Below are positions 27,102-37,200 of a stretch of 64,000 nucleotides of DNA, one piece after another. The stretch's first letter is position 1; every line of letters begins with the position of its first letter. The notes under the pieces are model-generated. The model did not search any database, was not told the origin of the DNA, and worked only from the letters and a program-made list of their open reading frames with translations. The position numbers and the translations under genes were made by a program. This DNA comes from an uncultured Fibrobacteraceae bacterium (GTDB taxonomy: Bacteria; Krumholzibacteriota; Krumholzibacteriia; LZORAL124-64-63), in the NCBI GenBank assembly GCA_964476155.1, contig CAYYYS010000009.1:18147-82146 (forward strand), in the 5' to 3' direction.

Positions 27102-27323
27102 ATCCTATATCCGGCTCTGTGTATTGCTACTGCGACAAAGCCGGGGATGTGTGTGACCATTTACGGGGAACGCTCTCCGGTCACATCCTGTGACCGGGTC
27201 GCTTGGCCTGCGGGCTGCTCCGCCATCCATGGCTCCGCAGCCCTTCGGACATCCCCGTAAATGGTCACACACATCCCCGGCTTTGTCGGTAGTAATACAC
27301 AGAGTCGGGTACAGGATTTAGAC
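27097..27323. repeat. Giant ~225-bp palindromic element: ~75-bp inverted arms (~93% complementary) around a centre with nested hairpins. Sits between the convergent pyk and SRAP genes.
   Basis: Left arm GTTAAATCCTATATCCGGCTCTGTGTATTGCTACTGCGACAAAGCCGGGGATGTGTGTGACCATTTACGGGGA. Right arm is its reverse complement with a few mismatches. Centre has CCGGTCACA-TCC-TGTGACCGG and GGGCTGC...GCAGCCC hairpins. The GGGA-ACGC junction resembles the A/B/D family. Confidence 0.75.
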
Positions 27324-27328
27324 CACAG

Positions 27329-28051
27329 TTATAACAGCTCCAGTTGATCGCCGGGGGCTTCGCCCGGCTCATTCATTGGCATCACACACTCTGGCCCATC
27401 ATTTCGCGGACTGTTCACCAGGGTGTCTACCGGCCAGGCTTCCATGGCTTCGGCGGGGAAGGGTTGTAGCAGGTCTCGCAGCCCGGCGGTCGCGTCTGGC
27501 TGCGCGGTGAGCCAGCGTTCGTAGTCGTTTCGGTGGAGGATGACGGGCATGCGGTCGTGGATGGGGCGTAGCAGGTCATTGGCTGTGGTGGTCAGGATGG
27601 CGCAGGTGTGTCGCGGGTCGCCGGCGGCGGGGCGCCAGGTCTCCCAGAGCCCGGCCATGCAGAATCCGGGCTCGTCTAGAACCCGGAACAGCCAGGGATG
27701 TTTCTGGTCACCGCGTCGTTGCCATTCGAAGAACGCTTCGGCGGGGATGAGGCAGCGCCGCCGTTGGTAGGCTTCGCGAAACGAGGGCTTCTCGGGCGCC
27801 GTCTCCGACCGCGCGTTGATCATGCGGTTGCCGACGGCCGGGTCCTTGGCCCAACCCGGCACGAGCCCCCACTTGAAGGTGCGGGCTTCGCGGTCGGTGT
27901 CGGGCGTGTCCTGAATCGCCGCGACGATCTCCTGGCCCGGCGCGATGTTGTATCGCGGGCGCAGGCCCAGTTCCAGATCGAGAGCCGCGTCCAGGGCCAT
28001 GAGCTGGGCCAGTTCCTCGGGCGACAGCGCCAATGTGAATCGTCCGCACAT
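27329..28051 (-). CDS. yedK: SOS response-associated peptidase (SRAP / YedK family, abasic-site DNA-protein crosslink protein).
   Basis: Invariant N-terminal MCGRF. AAAGGAAAC RBS. ~240 aa. Confidence 0.85.
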   Translation of the reverse strand: MCGRFTLALSPEELAQLMALDAALDLELGLRPRYNIAPGQEIVAAIQDTPDTDREARTFKWGLVPGWAKDPAVGNRMINARSETAPEKPSFREAYQRRRCLIPAEAFFEWQRRGDQKHPWLFRVLDEPGFCMAGLWETWRPAAGDPRHTCAILTTTANDLLRPIHDRMPVILHRNDYERWLTAQPDATAGLRDLLQPFPAEAMEAWPVDTLVNSPRNDGPECVMPMNEPGEAPGDQLELL

Positions 28052-28298
28052 GTTGTTTCCTTTCACGAACGATCAAGATAACACACCCACGGTCGATAAT
28101 AATGACCTGTCCGCGCCATGGGGCGAGGCAACCCGCGCTCTGTTCTGACGTATACGTGATTTGGTGCGTAACCCGGCCCGGAGGGGAGCCGCCATAAGGT
28201 CAAACAACCCCACCAAACTCTAACTCGTTGATTGACGGGCCCCTTGCAGGATCCTTGCACATGCCTCCTGGCGCCAGAAACAAGGCAACCTAGTTTAA

Positions 28299-29300
28299 GT
28301 GACCATGATATCCAGTTTACGAAAAGCCGATCTGCACGTGCACTCATCCTGTTCGTTCGACGTGCCCCCGCTGCAAGCGCTGCACCCGCGCGCTCTCTTC
28401 GAGGCCGCCCTGGACCATCCGGACGAGCGCAAGCGCATGGACTATTTCGCCCTGACCGACCACGACACCATGGACGGTTACGAGACGCTGATGCGCGGGC
28501 TGCCCGAGGGCGACCGCGCCCTGGTGATCCCCGGCGTGGAGCACACCCTTTACGATCCCACCATCGGTTTCACCATTCACGTCAACATCTACGGGTTGGA
28601 CCCGGACCTGTATGCGCTCCTGGGCGCACGCGTCCGGACCCTCGACGACCTGCTCGGCTTCGTGCATCATCACGGGCTGCATTGCCAGTACAACCACCCC
28701 ACCTGGTGGGAGCGCGACGAGCTGCGCCGCGGCGAGGTGGACTTCGCCCGCATCCCCGCGATCGCCGCCCGCTTCGACATGCTCGAACTCAACGCCGCGC
28801 GTACGCCCCTGCAGAACCTGATCACCGCCGGTCTCGCCGACGAGTTGCGGCTGCCGTTGACCGCGTCGAGCGACTCGCACACCGGCACCGTCGGACGCGC
28901 CTACACCGAAGCCCCGGCCGACACCGCCGACGCATTCCTGACCGCCGTGTGGAACGCCGAAGGCCGCACCCATCTCACGACGCTTTCCCAGGAATCACTG
29001 ATCGTCGAGGCCCACTGCCTGATCGACGAGTTCCTCGACGGCGCCCATGAAGCCCTGATCGTCCGCGAGATCCGCAGCCAGGCCCAGGCCCGGCTCGAGG
29101 CTGCCGCCACGCGCGTGGTCCGCTCACGTTGGATACGCGGCAACTCGACGGCGCGCGAATCCCTGCGCCTGCTGCTCAAGCAGGCCTCGCGCCCGATCAT
29201 GCGTTGGGTGATGCTGTACGAAGAGCGGCTGGATCGCCGCCTGGCTGGTTCCGCGCTGCGCGGCTATCTGTCGCGCACGACAAATTCACGCGCAGCGTAA
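28299..29300 (+). CDS. PHP-domain metal-dependent phosphoesterase.
   Basis: DLHVHSSCSFD (PHP motif I), further His/Asp motifs TDHDTMDG, GVEHT, SSDSHTGT. Confidence 0.75.
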   Translation: MTMISSLRKADLHVHSSCSFDVPPLQALHPRALFEAALDHPDERKRMDYFALTDHDTMDGYETLMRGLPEGDRALVIPGVEHTLYDPTIGFTIHVNIYGLDPDLYALLGARVRTLDDLLGFVHHHGLHCQYNHPTWWERDELRRGEVDFARIPAIAARFDMLELNAARTPLQNLITAGLADELRLPLTASSDSHTGTVGRAYTEAPADTADAFLTAVWNAEGRTHLTTLSQESLIVEAHCLIDEFLDGAHEALIVREIRSQAQARLEAAATRVVRSRWIRGNSTARESLRLLLKQASRPIMRWVMLYEERLDRRLAGSALRGYLSRTTNSRAA

Positions 29301-29350
29301 CTACGCTTCTGTAACCGACCTCTCCGCGGGTCCGGCTCCCACGTTCCGGT

Positions 29351-29830
29351 CTACATCTTCGCATCGAACGAGCGCGGAATCTTCAGCTCGAAGTTGTCCC
29401 ATTTCGAGGGCGTGTGCGCCGCTCCCAGGACTTCCGCCGCTTTCTCGAAATCGTCCTCGTGAACGTGCAGGAGGTAGCGGTAGCCGCCCTTGCCGTCCGC
29501 GAGTCCGCTCGAGGTCTCCACGTTGATGTCGGCGTCGCTGAGCCGCTGGTGGATGTCCACCAGGGCTCCGAGTTCATCGTCCCCCTGGACGATGAACGCG
29601 TGGTGGGGTCCGCTCAACATCAATCCCGTGTGACGCGCCACGTCCGCGAGCCACGTCGTATTGAAAGGGTAGATGATGAGCTGGGTTTCGTCCGGCCCGA
29701 AGGGGAGAGCGTTGAATGCGAGGAGATTGACTTCCTCGCGAGCGAGCTTGGTCAGCAACCGGCAAGCTTCGCCAGGAATGTCGCGCACCGATGTGTAGTA
29801 GTAGGGCGCGCTGAAGATCTGGACCGCCAT
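29351..29830 (-). CDS. Hypothetical protein (~159 aa), possibly ACT-like.
   Basis: GGGAGGG RBS before ATG at 29830 (MAVQIFSAPYYY...). The longer ORF to 29953 adds a low-complexity N-terminus. No confident family. Confidence 0.5.
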   Translation of the reverse strand: MAVQIFSAPYYYTSVRDIPGEACRLLTKLAREEVNLLAFNALPFGPDETQLIIYPFNTTWLADVARHTGLMLSGPHHAFIVQGDDELGALVDIHQRLSDADINVETSSGLADGKGGYRYLLHVHEDDFEKAAEVLGAAHTPSKWDNFELKIPRSFDAKM

Positions 29831-29954
29831 GTCAACCCTCCCTGACTTGTGCCTGCGAGGGAGCTGCCGTGCGTAGGTGTGTGGGGTTGGCCCCTCGGGG
29901 GCACATGCAGATCTTACCACAAGTGCCCCCGAAGCGCCAGAGGGAGCCGCCAAT

Positions 29955-32438
29955 CTATCTGACCAGCAACGCCTTATGGACCTGGGTCTCGCCGCCGGCG
30001 ATCAACCGGAAGACGTAGCTGCCGCTCGGCATCTCGGATCCGGCGGTATCGGTGCCGTCCCAGGTCGCTTCGTAGCGGCCCGCGTCCAGATGCTCGTCCC
30101 GCAACGTCCGTACGTGACGGCCGCGCAGGTCGAAGACCGCGAGCGTCGCCCGGGCCGACGCCTTCAACTCGAAGGCGACGACGGTCAGGGGGTTGAACGG
30201 GTTGGGCACGTTGGGCGTCAGCGTCGCCACGCGACGGTTCGGCCCGGACGTGTCGCTGAACTGTCCCTGCTGCAGGGCCCAGATCTCCACGTCGTCGATG
30301 TTCCAGCCCGCGTATAGCCAACTCCCGTCCGTGGTGCCCTGGGTCCAGCGCAGATAGACGGTCGCCACGCCGTCGGCGATGGTCGAGATGTCGAAGGACT
30401 GCTCGCTCCAGGTGTTGTCCTCGACGACCGCGCCGTTCTCCCACAGGGTCGTGTAGTTGATCCCGTCGGTGCTGATCCGCAGGTAGGCGTGGTCGTAGGA
30501 GGGCTGCTCCACGTTCAGCCAGCGCTGGAACTTGAGGGTGACGGCCTCGAGGTCGCTGCAGTCGATGGCCGTGGTGGTCAGATGACGCTCCGGCATGTTG
30601 TTGGTGTAGTCGCCGGCCAGGTTGTAGCCCATGACGTTCGCGCCGGTGAACCCCGTGGTCGGGTCATTGTTGCCGTACTGGCCGCCGCCGCCCTGGGGCT
30701 GGCCCCAGGCCCAGTCGCCCTCGGTAGTCCAGCCGGGGTCGCTGTCCATGTTGAAGCTGTAGACCACTTGCGGAACACCCACCTGCAGGTTCACCGCGCG
30801 GGTGGCGTCACCGTCGTGACTGGTCGTGTTCACGAAACTCAGCGTGCCGTGATAGCTGCCGATCGCGAGCGCGTCGGCCGCGGCGTTGGGCGAGATCGTC
30901 ACGGTGGCTTCGCCGCCGGGGGCGATGGTGCCGGTGGCGTTGGCGATGTCGGCCCAGGCCTCATCGAAGCTCACCTGATAGTCCAGGGAACTGTCGCCGT
31001 TGTTGCTCAGCACGTAGTCGTAGGTGGCGGGAGTGAAAGGGCCGCCCACGTCGCCGGAGAGGTCGTAGCTGCCGCTGCTCACCCGCATACCGGTCAGGTA
31101 GGGTGCGAACAGGTCCTGGGTCGTGGCGCCGGTACCCAGGGGATCCAGGTAGGTGCTCAGGCCGGACCAGCTGACCGACAGCTTGCCGTACCAGTCGGGG
31201 TCGTTGTTGCCGCAGGCCGCATAGCCGCCGTGGAGCTGCCCCACGACGTGGTGGTTCTGGTTGAACAGGGGCGAACCCGAGGACCCGCCCTCGGTCGTGC
31301 CCAGGTCCCAGTCGGCCACGCGGAAGTGGGTGCTGTTGCCGGGTGATGTGTCACCCAGGTAGGACGTGGTCGTGACGGGGTCGTTCTCGAAGCTGATGCT
31401 CTTCTCGTCGGTGCTGGGGTGGTGGATCGCCACCGCGCTGGTGGGATCGACGCCGCTGTTGTCCCAGCCGGCGTAGGCCACGTTCCACGACGGATCCGGC
31501 TGTGCGTCGAGCAGCACCAGGGAGTAGTCGGACGTGCTGTTCTCGACCTGCAGGACCGATCCGGTGAGGAACTGGCTCAGGCTACCGCCGCTTTGCTGGC
31601 CACAAACGGGACTATTGAAATTCCAGTAGGTCACGAGTGACGGAGCCTGGCTGCTGTGGATGCCGCAGTGGTAGGCGGTCATGAAGAAGGGCGTCTCGTC
31701 GTTGGCGGTGTTGTTGATCATGAAGCCGGTGCAGAACGTGCTGCCGCCGGTGGAGATCACCGCCACGGTCTGGATATCCTCGCGCCAACCATCACCCTCG
31801 GGGCAGACCACGTCGATGTTGCAGGTACCCGACTTCTCGGGAATCAGGTCACCGAACTTGCGATAGCCGGTGTTGACCGACGTGAGCAGCAGGTCGAGAC
31901 GGTCGACGGCCTTGAAGGGCACCGCCACCTCGACGACCAGCGTCTCGGTCTCGACCACGGGCGTCCACAACTCGCCGTGGACCTTGTTGTCGGCGCTGGT
32001 GAAGGCGATGGCTTCCGCACTCCCGTCCGCGGGATAGATCAGCAGACGGCCGCCCGCGGGCATCGCGTAGCGGGTGAAGCCCAGGTTGAGCGACAGGGCG
32101 CCGGAGGATTCGATGCGCAGACGCCAGAGCATGGTGTCCTCGCTGATGCGTTCCCAGGTGCCGTGGGTCTCCGGGGCGATGAAGGTTTCCTGGGGGATGG
32201 CGAAGCGGGGCGGTTGGCCCAGCCCCTCGGCCTGTTGGTCCTCGAGCTTGGCCATCGTGTGATCCACGTAATCGGCGCGGAACTGCGGCACGTCGGCCAG
32301 CGGTAATACGTCGTATCGGGAGGCGGCCGGTTCGGCGGCGCGGTCGACGGCCGTGGCCGGAACCGATGCCAGCATGACGAAAACGAGGGCCATCATGATG
32401 AAACGGAGGCGCGTGTGTGCAATGGCGATGCTGGACAT
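29955..32438 (-). CDS. Secreted S1-family serine endopeptidase (lysyl-endopeptidase-like) with C-terminal T9SS sorting domain.
   Basis: Signal peptide. TAYHCG (catalytic His) and GGSSGSPLF (catalytic Ser). C-terminal NPFNPLTVVAFELKASARATLAVFDLRGRHVRTL...GSYVFRL. Confidence 0.8.
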   Translation of the reverse strand: MSSIAIAHTRLRFIMMALVFVMLASVPATAVDRAAEPAASRYDVLPLADVPQFRADYVDHTMAKLEDQQAEGLGQPPRFAIPQETFIAPETHGTWERISEDTMLWRLRIESSGALSLNLGFTRYAMPAGGRLLIYPADGSAEAIAFTSADNKVHGELWTPVVETETLVVEVAVPFKAVDRLDLLLTSVNTGYRKFGDLIPEKSGTCNIDVVCPEGDGWREDIQTVAVISTGGSTFCTGFMINNTANDETPFFMTAYHCGIHSSQAPSLVTYWNFNSPVCGQQSGGSLSQFLTGSVLQVENSTSDYSLVLLDAQPDPSWNVAYAGWDNSGVDPTSAVAIHHPSTDEKSISFENDPVTTTSYLGDTSPGNSTHFRVADWDLGTTEGGSSGSPLFNQNHHVVGQLHGGYAACGNNDPDWYGKLSVSWSGLSTYLDPLGTGATTQDLFAPYLTGMRVSSGSYDLSGDVGGPFTPATYDYVLSNNGDSSLDYQVSFDEAWADIANATGTIAPGGEATVTISPNAAADALAIGSYHGTLSFVNTTSHDGDATRAVNLQVGVPQVVYSFNMDSDPGWTTEGDWAWGQPQGGGGQYGNNDPTTGFTGANVMGYNLAGDYTNNMPERHLTTTAIDCSDLEAVTLKFQRWLNVEQPSYDHAYLRISTDGINYTTLWENGAVVEDNTWSEQSFDISTIADGVATVYLRWTQGTTDGSWLYAGWNIDDVEIWALQQGQFSDTSGPNRRVATLTPNVPNPFNPLTVVAFELKASARATLAVFDLRGRHVRTLRDEHLDAGRYEATWDGTDTAGSEMPSGSYVFRLIAGGETQVHKALLVR

Positions 32439-32657
32439 ATGTCAATTCCTCTGGCTGGGGTTAACGTTGGCGAGGGCGGCGGGCCGTCACGAAAGTATAC
32501 GGGCCGCACCTTGTGGCGGGAGCAGGCTTTTACCCGTGACGGATAGTATACCACAATTGTTGGCATTAGAACAGGGGGACTCGGTTCCCGCGATTGGTTT
32601 GACGGAAAAAAGAAAAGCCGCTGCATATGCAACGGCCTATCGAATGAAAATAGTGTG

Positions 32658-33419
32658 CTAGCGTGCGCCTTCTCCGGTCAATACCACGCGAATGGTTGAT
32701 GCCAGAATCCGCAGATCCAGCTTCCAGCCGTTCTTGGTGATGTAGAAGCGGTCGAACATCAGCTTGCGGCGCACCGAAGCCAGGTCCTCATCATAACCGT
32801 TGTTGACCTGGGCCAGGCCGGTAATGCCGGGCAGGATAGCCAGACGTTCACAATAGCCCGGGATATCCATCTCGTACTTGCGGACGAAGCTGAGACGCTC
32901 CGGACGAGGGCCGATCAGGGTCATCTGGCCGAAGAGCACGTTGATGAACTGGGGCACCTCGTCGAGCCGGGACATCCTCAGCAAGTGTCCGATACGGGTA
33001 ACGCGGCTGTCTCCCTCGGTGGCGAGCTGGGGGCCGTTCTTCTCGGCATCCGTCCGCATTGTTCTCAGCTTTAAGATGCGGAACGGGCGGCCGGGGTAGA
33101 TGACCTTGCGGCGCTCGGGACCAGCCGTGAAGTGTTCGCGGCGCCGGCGGTCCTGTCCGATACGACTCTGGGTGTAGAAGACCGGTCCGCGCGAGTCGAT
33201 CTTGATGGCCAGGGCGATCAGGGGCAAGACCAGGCCGAAGATCGCTAGGGCCAGCGAAGACACGACAAGATCGAAAGCACGGCGGACAAACTCATATACG
33301 CGGTGGGTAGGTGTGATCCGAGGGGACGCCTTCACATCCGAGTACAGTCTCGGCAACTCGTGATCGGGAACACTGCGAATGTGTTCCTTGAGCTGGTTGG
33401 TTTCGTATATTGGTGTCAT
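32658..33419 (-). CDS. Undecaprenyl-phosphate sugar phosphotransferase (bacterial sugar transferase family).
   Basis: One N-terminal TM helix. KLRTM, PRP and GLAQVNG motifs of the WbaP/PglC C-terminal domain. Confidence 0.85.
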   Translation of the reverse strand: MTPIYETNQLKEHIRSVPDHELPRLYSDVKASPRITPTHRVYEFVRRAFDLVVSSLALAIFGLVLPLIALAIKIDSRGPVFYTQSRIGQDRRRREHFTAGPERRKVIYPGRPFRILKLRTMRTDAEKNGPQLATEGDSRVTRIGHLLRMSRLDEVPQFINVLFGQMTLIGPRPERLSFVRKYEMDIPGYCERLAILPGITGLAQVNNGYDEDLASVRRKLMFDRFYITKNGWKLDLRILASTIRVVLTGEGAR

Positions 33420-33579
33420 GCTCAGTCATTCCTTACGGGTTTGTTCAGTGGTCGACGGTCCGGGCGACGACCGATGCGATTGTAGATACGTAGTTTGATT
33501 TCCCGTAATGGTCTTACAGTATAAACCATTATTTTTTTTGCGCAGACACTGATTATGAATACGAGATCAAAAATATAAC

Positions 33580-34092
33580 CTAATTGCACATAAGATAAGG
33601 ATACCCCCAGATCTCGCTCAATACCGTGCGCAACTTGGCCTTATTCTGTTCGATTGTCAACTCGTAATGCATACTTATCCATTTATTTGTTGCATAATTA
33701 GTTATCAAGCTCCCCCCGAAGACCCGTTTCAACAGAGCGCTGGTTCGAGCGACGTGATCGCAGCGAATCCGTCCCTCTTCCGAGGCGAGCGTTTGGAAAA
33801 GTCCGTCCAGTGTCCTGTCGGTTATGTATTCCGTGAGATTCAGCGAGGGTTTGTCCGTGAAGGGGAGCAGGTCATAGAGATCGAGCAGGGATTCGTAGTC
33901 GTAGTAAAGGCCGATTTCGCCCATGGTGTCGGCGACGATGGGCTGAAAGCGAGCGCGTAGGCTGTTCTCGGTCGCGTTCCGGAAGTAGATGGTCGCCACG
34001 GCGCGACCGGTACCGACCGCGAGGGCTTCGCGCAGACCAGCCGCCACGGTCTCTTCGTCCAGCGGCGCCTGCAGGAGGTCACCCCAACCCAC
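33580..34092 (-). CDS. Hypothetical protein; the 3' third is unusually AT-rich.
   Basis: 170-aa ORF. No recognised domain. The C-terminal ~50 codons fall in an AT-rich stretch (33580-33720) unlike the rest of the window. Confidence 0.45.
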   Translation of the reverse strand: MGWGDLLQAPLDEETVAAGLREALAVGTGRAVATIYFRNATENSLRARFQPIVADTMGEIGLYYDYESLLDLYDLLPFTDKPSLNLTEYITDRTLDGLFQTLASEEGRIRCDHVARTSALLKRVFGGSLITNYATNKWISMHYELTIEQNKAKLRTVLSEIWGYPYLMCN

Positions 34093-34161
34093 AAAAAGCG
34101 AGGCAAGGCCGATGCGCCCCTACCTCTTCACACTCCCTGATGACGCGAATAGTCGATTACC

Positions 34162-34278
34162 TGGGAGGTCGTGGGTGTGATGTCGCGACCGTAGGGTGTA
34201 GCAATCAAGCAAGCCGGCCGCCCTGAAGGCGGCCGGCTTGCGTCCCTACGGTCGCGGCATCACACCCACGACCTGTCC
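34162..34278 (-). repeat. Nested-hairpin repeat element, copy B, same orientation as A. Immediately 3' of the C25 peptidase gene.
   Basis: Outer arms GGTCGTGGGTGTGATGTCGCGACCGTAGGG / CCCTACGGTCGCGGCATCACACCCACGACC (one mismatch). Core GTGTAGCAATCAAGC. Inner hairpin AAGCCGGCCGCC-CTGAAG-GCGGCCGGCTT. Confidence 0.8.
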
Positions 34279-34288
34279 GATGTATCAA

Positions 34289-37200
34289 CTATTTCGTCAA
34301 CAACATCTTGAGAGTGAGCTCATCCCCATCATGCCGTAAACGCGCGAAGTACACGCCCGAAGCAACGACACGACCGTTTTCGTCGGTGCCGTTCCAGGAC
34401 ATCGTATGCCGGCCGGAGTCCATGACGCCCCGGTGGAGCGTGCGCACCTGGTGGCCGCGCACATCGATGACATCCAGGGTCACGTCGCCAGCGCGGGGCA
34501 TGGCGAAGACGATCTCGGTCGCCGGGTTGAACGGGTTCGGGTAGTTGCCATTGAGGGTCAACACCCGCGGCGTGTCCGCGTCGGTGCCCGTCTCCACGAT
34601 CATCGTCACGGTGACGACCTCGGGGGCGCCGCCGCAGTTGTGATCGATCAGGACATAGGCCGTGTAGGTGCCGTCGGCTATGCCGGTGGCGTCGTAGTTG
34701 ATGTCCACGTTCTGGTAGCCGTTCTGGGGCAGGGTGCCCTCCGTCGGGTTCACGGTTAACCAGGTGACCATCTCGAACAGGGCGAACTCGGCGTCGCTGG
34801 TGTCGGTGATGGCGTCATCGAGGCTCGAGACGCGGATCAGGGCCGTCGTGGTGTTCGGGCCGGCCAGGGTGACCGTTTCGGTGCCGTCGTTGGGTGTCGA
34901 GGCCACGAGGGTCTCCCAGGTGCCGCCGCCGTTGCGGCTCAGCTCGATCTTGACCGTCGACAGGTCGCCCGCGTGGTCCCAGGTCACCGCATAGTCGTTG
35001 CCCCACGCCAGGCTCTCGCCGCCGTTGGGGTAGGTCACCGTGACCGACGGACCGGAGGCGGTCATGCTGAAGGTGCCGCTCAGGTCGTGGGGTGTCGATC
35101 CGTAGATGTCGCCCTGGACGAACCAGCCGAAGGTCTGTTCGCCGGTCAGGGAGCCGTCGAAGGTCACGTTGAGTGTACCGGTGGCCGTCTCGCCGCCTCG
35201 CAGGGCGCCCCAGCTACCCCCGTCGGTGCCGTGCCAGTTGGTGGTTACACCGTCGCCGGTGGTACCGGTCCAGAGCAGGGGATCGGTGCCGCCGCTCAGG
35301 GTGGTGGCCGAGTTGACCGTGACGCCCGCGGGGACGGTGATTTCCGCGTCGGTCAGCCACTCGACGTCAGTGCTGGCGTTGTAGACCGAAATGTCCAGGT
35401 CGACGGTCGAGCCGGCCAGGAACTCGTTCTGGCCGCAGGTCACCGAGGAGCCGGCCACGCTCTTGTCGGCCTTCTCGTAGGGATTCTCGGCCTGATAGGT
35501 GATGCTGAAATTGAGCTGGGAGTCGGGCTCGCCCAGGTTGGAAATGCGCAACGCGTCGGTGTCGGTCGCGCCCGACTCCAGGGTGGTGGAACAGGCCGTG
35601 AAGCTCAGGTCGATGGCCGGCGAGGCCATCAGCACGTCTTCTATGTGCGGTTCCATGTTTTGGGCCGTGACGACCATGTGCAGGGGCAGGCCGCCGTCGG
35701 GGGTGACCAGGAAGTCGACGACCACTGTACCCGTTACGCCGACGGTACCGCCGCCGACCAGGGTCGTACCCTGGCTCAGACCGACGTAGCTTCCGGGTGA
35801 CGCGCTGACCGTCAGCGAAGTCGAGCCCATGGCGTCGACGGTCACGGGGTTGACGCTCGGCACACCCATGTAGGTGCTCAGGCTGGGGTCGCCCATCAGG
35901 TTGTAGATGTTCCAGTAGTACTGGGTGCTGCCCGAGCCCGCCTCCTGGACGGCCAGGTTGCCGGAGAAGATCAGGGCGTCGTTGGTCACGTACCACAGGT
36001 CCATGCCTTCGCCGTGGTCGTGGAAGATGCCGTCGTAGGCGCCCACACCCGTGTCGGCGAACGGGATGTTACCGTCGATGATCCCGGAGGGGCAGGAGCC
36101 GGCGCCCCACCAGAAGTCCTCGTCCCACTGCGTATTGTTGCTGGCGCCGATGTAGCCGATGCCACCCTTGTCGACGGCCCGCAGCCAGGTCTCGCCGAAG
36201 CACTCGCCGTAGTCATAGGTCCCTGTCAAACAGCAGTTGCCGATGGCCAGACAGTACTTTTCGGAATTACCCAGGTTGTTGATGTCCGATTGGGTAAAGC
36301 TGGGGTCGGACCAGTTGGTCTGGCCGCCGTGGGCGGTGTAGTTGATGAAGGCCACGCCGTCGCTCACGGTCTGGACAATGGCGGCGTCCACGCTGCCGCT
36401 CGAGGCGGGATAGAGCCAGGTGTTGCTGGTGATGCCGTGGGCCGCGTTGAAGTAGTTGTCGGTGCCGTAGTTGATCTGACCGTTACCGTGCGTCGACGCA
36501 TAACCATAATCCACGCCGGCGATCAGGGTCACTTCGCCCAGGTAGCTGGGATCGGACATGGTGAACTGGTCGTACATCAGGGTCTTGTCGATCATCGCCT
36601 GCAGTTGCGAGGCGTTGGTGGCGGAGAAGCGGCCGTAGTAGATGTCCGGCACGTAGTCGCCGTCCATGGTGCAGTAGGGGCGGTCGGTGGCGTCGCCGCC
36701 CACGGAGTAGGTGGGCATCTGGGCCACATCGCCCACGAAGAGCACGAAGCTGGGCGCCGGTTGTGAGGCCGTGGCGTTATCGTACAGGTCCTGGATGTAG
36801 CTCTGGATCGACGTGGTGGTCGAGCCGACCTCGGGAGTGCCCGTCACCGCGAGGATCGTGTTGAAGCCGCGCTGGGTCTTCCAGTTGACGAAGTCGGCGA
36901 GCTGGTACTCGAACTCCGGCGGCGTGACGATGACCATGGTCACCAGATCGCCGACGTGGTCGGGGTAGCTGTCGTGCAGGCCCCGCGAGCCGTCGAGCTG
37001 GGAGTAGAGATGATCGAAGAAGGGACTCGCGGTCCGGGCGTACAGGTCGCCGCCGGCGCTATTGTCGCCGCCTTCGTAGATGATCTCGAGCTCGGCGCTT
37101 TCGACGATCTCCAGTTCACCGGTGCCCGGTCGGTAGGTTACCGGTGCGAACTCGAGGCGTCCGAAGTCCATGGCGCGCAGGCGGCCCTGGGGAACGACGG

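Noticed and set aside
28061-28100. CGATCAAGATAACACACCCACGGTCG in the SRAP/PHP divergent spacer, which resembles part of hairpin element B's arm.
   Set aside because: Only a ~14-nt partial match, with no inverted partner or conserved core. Likely coincidence.
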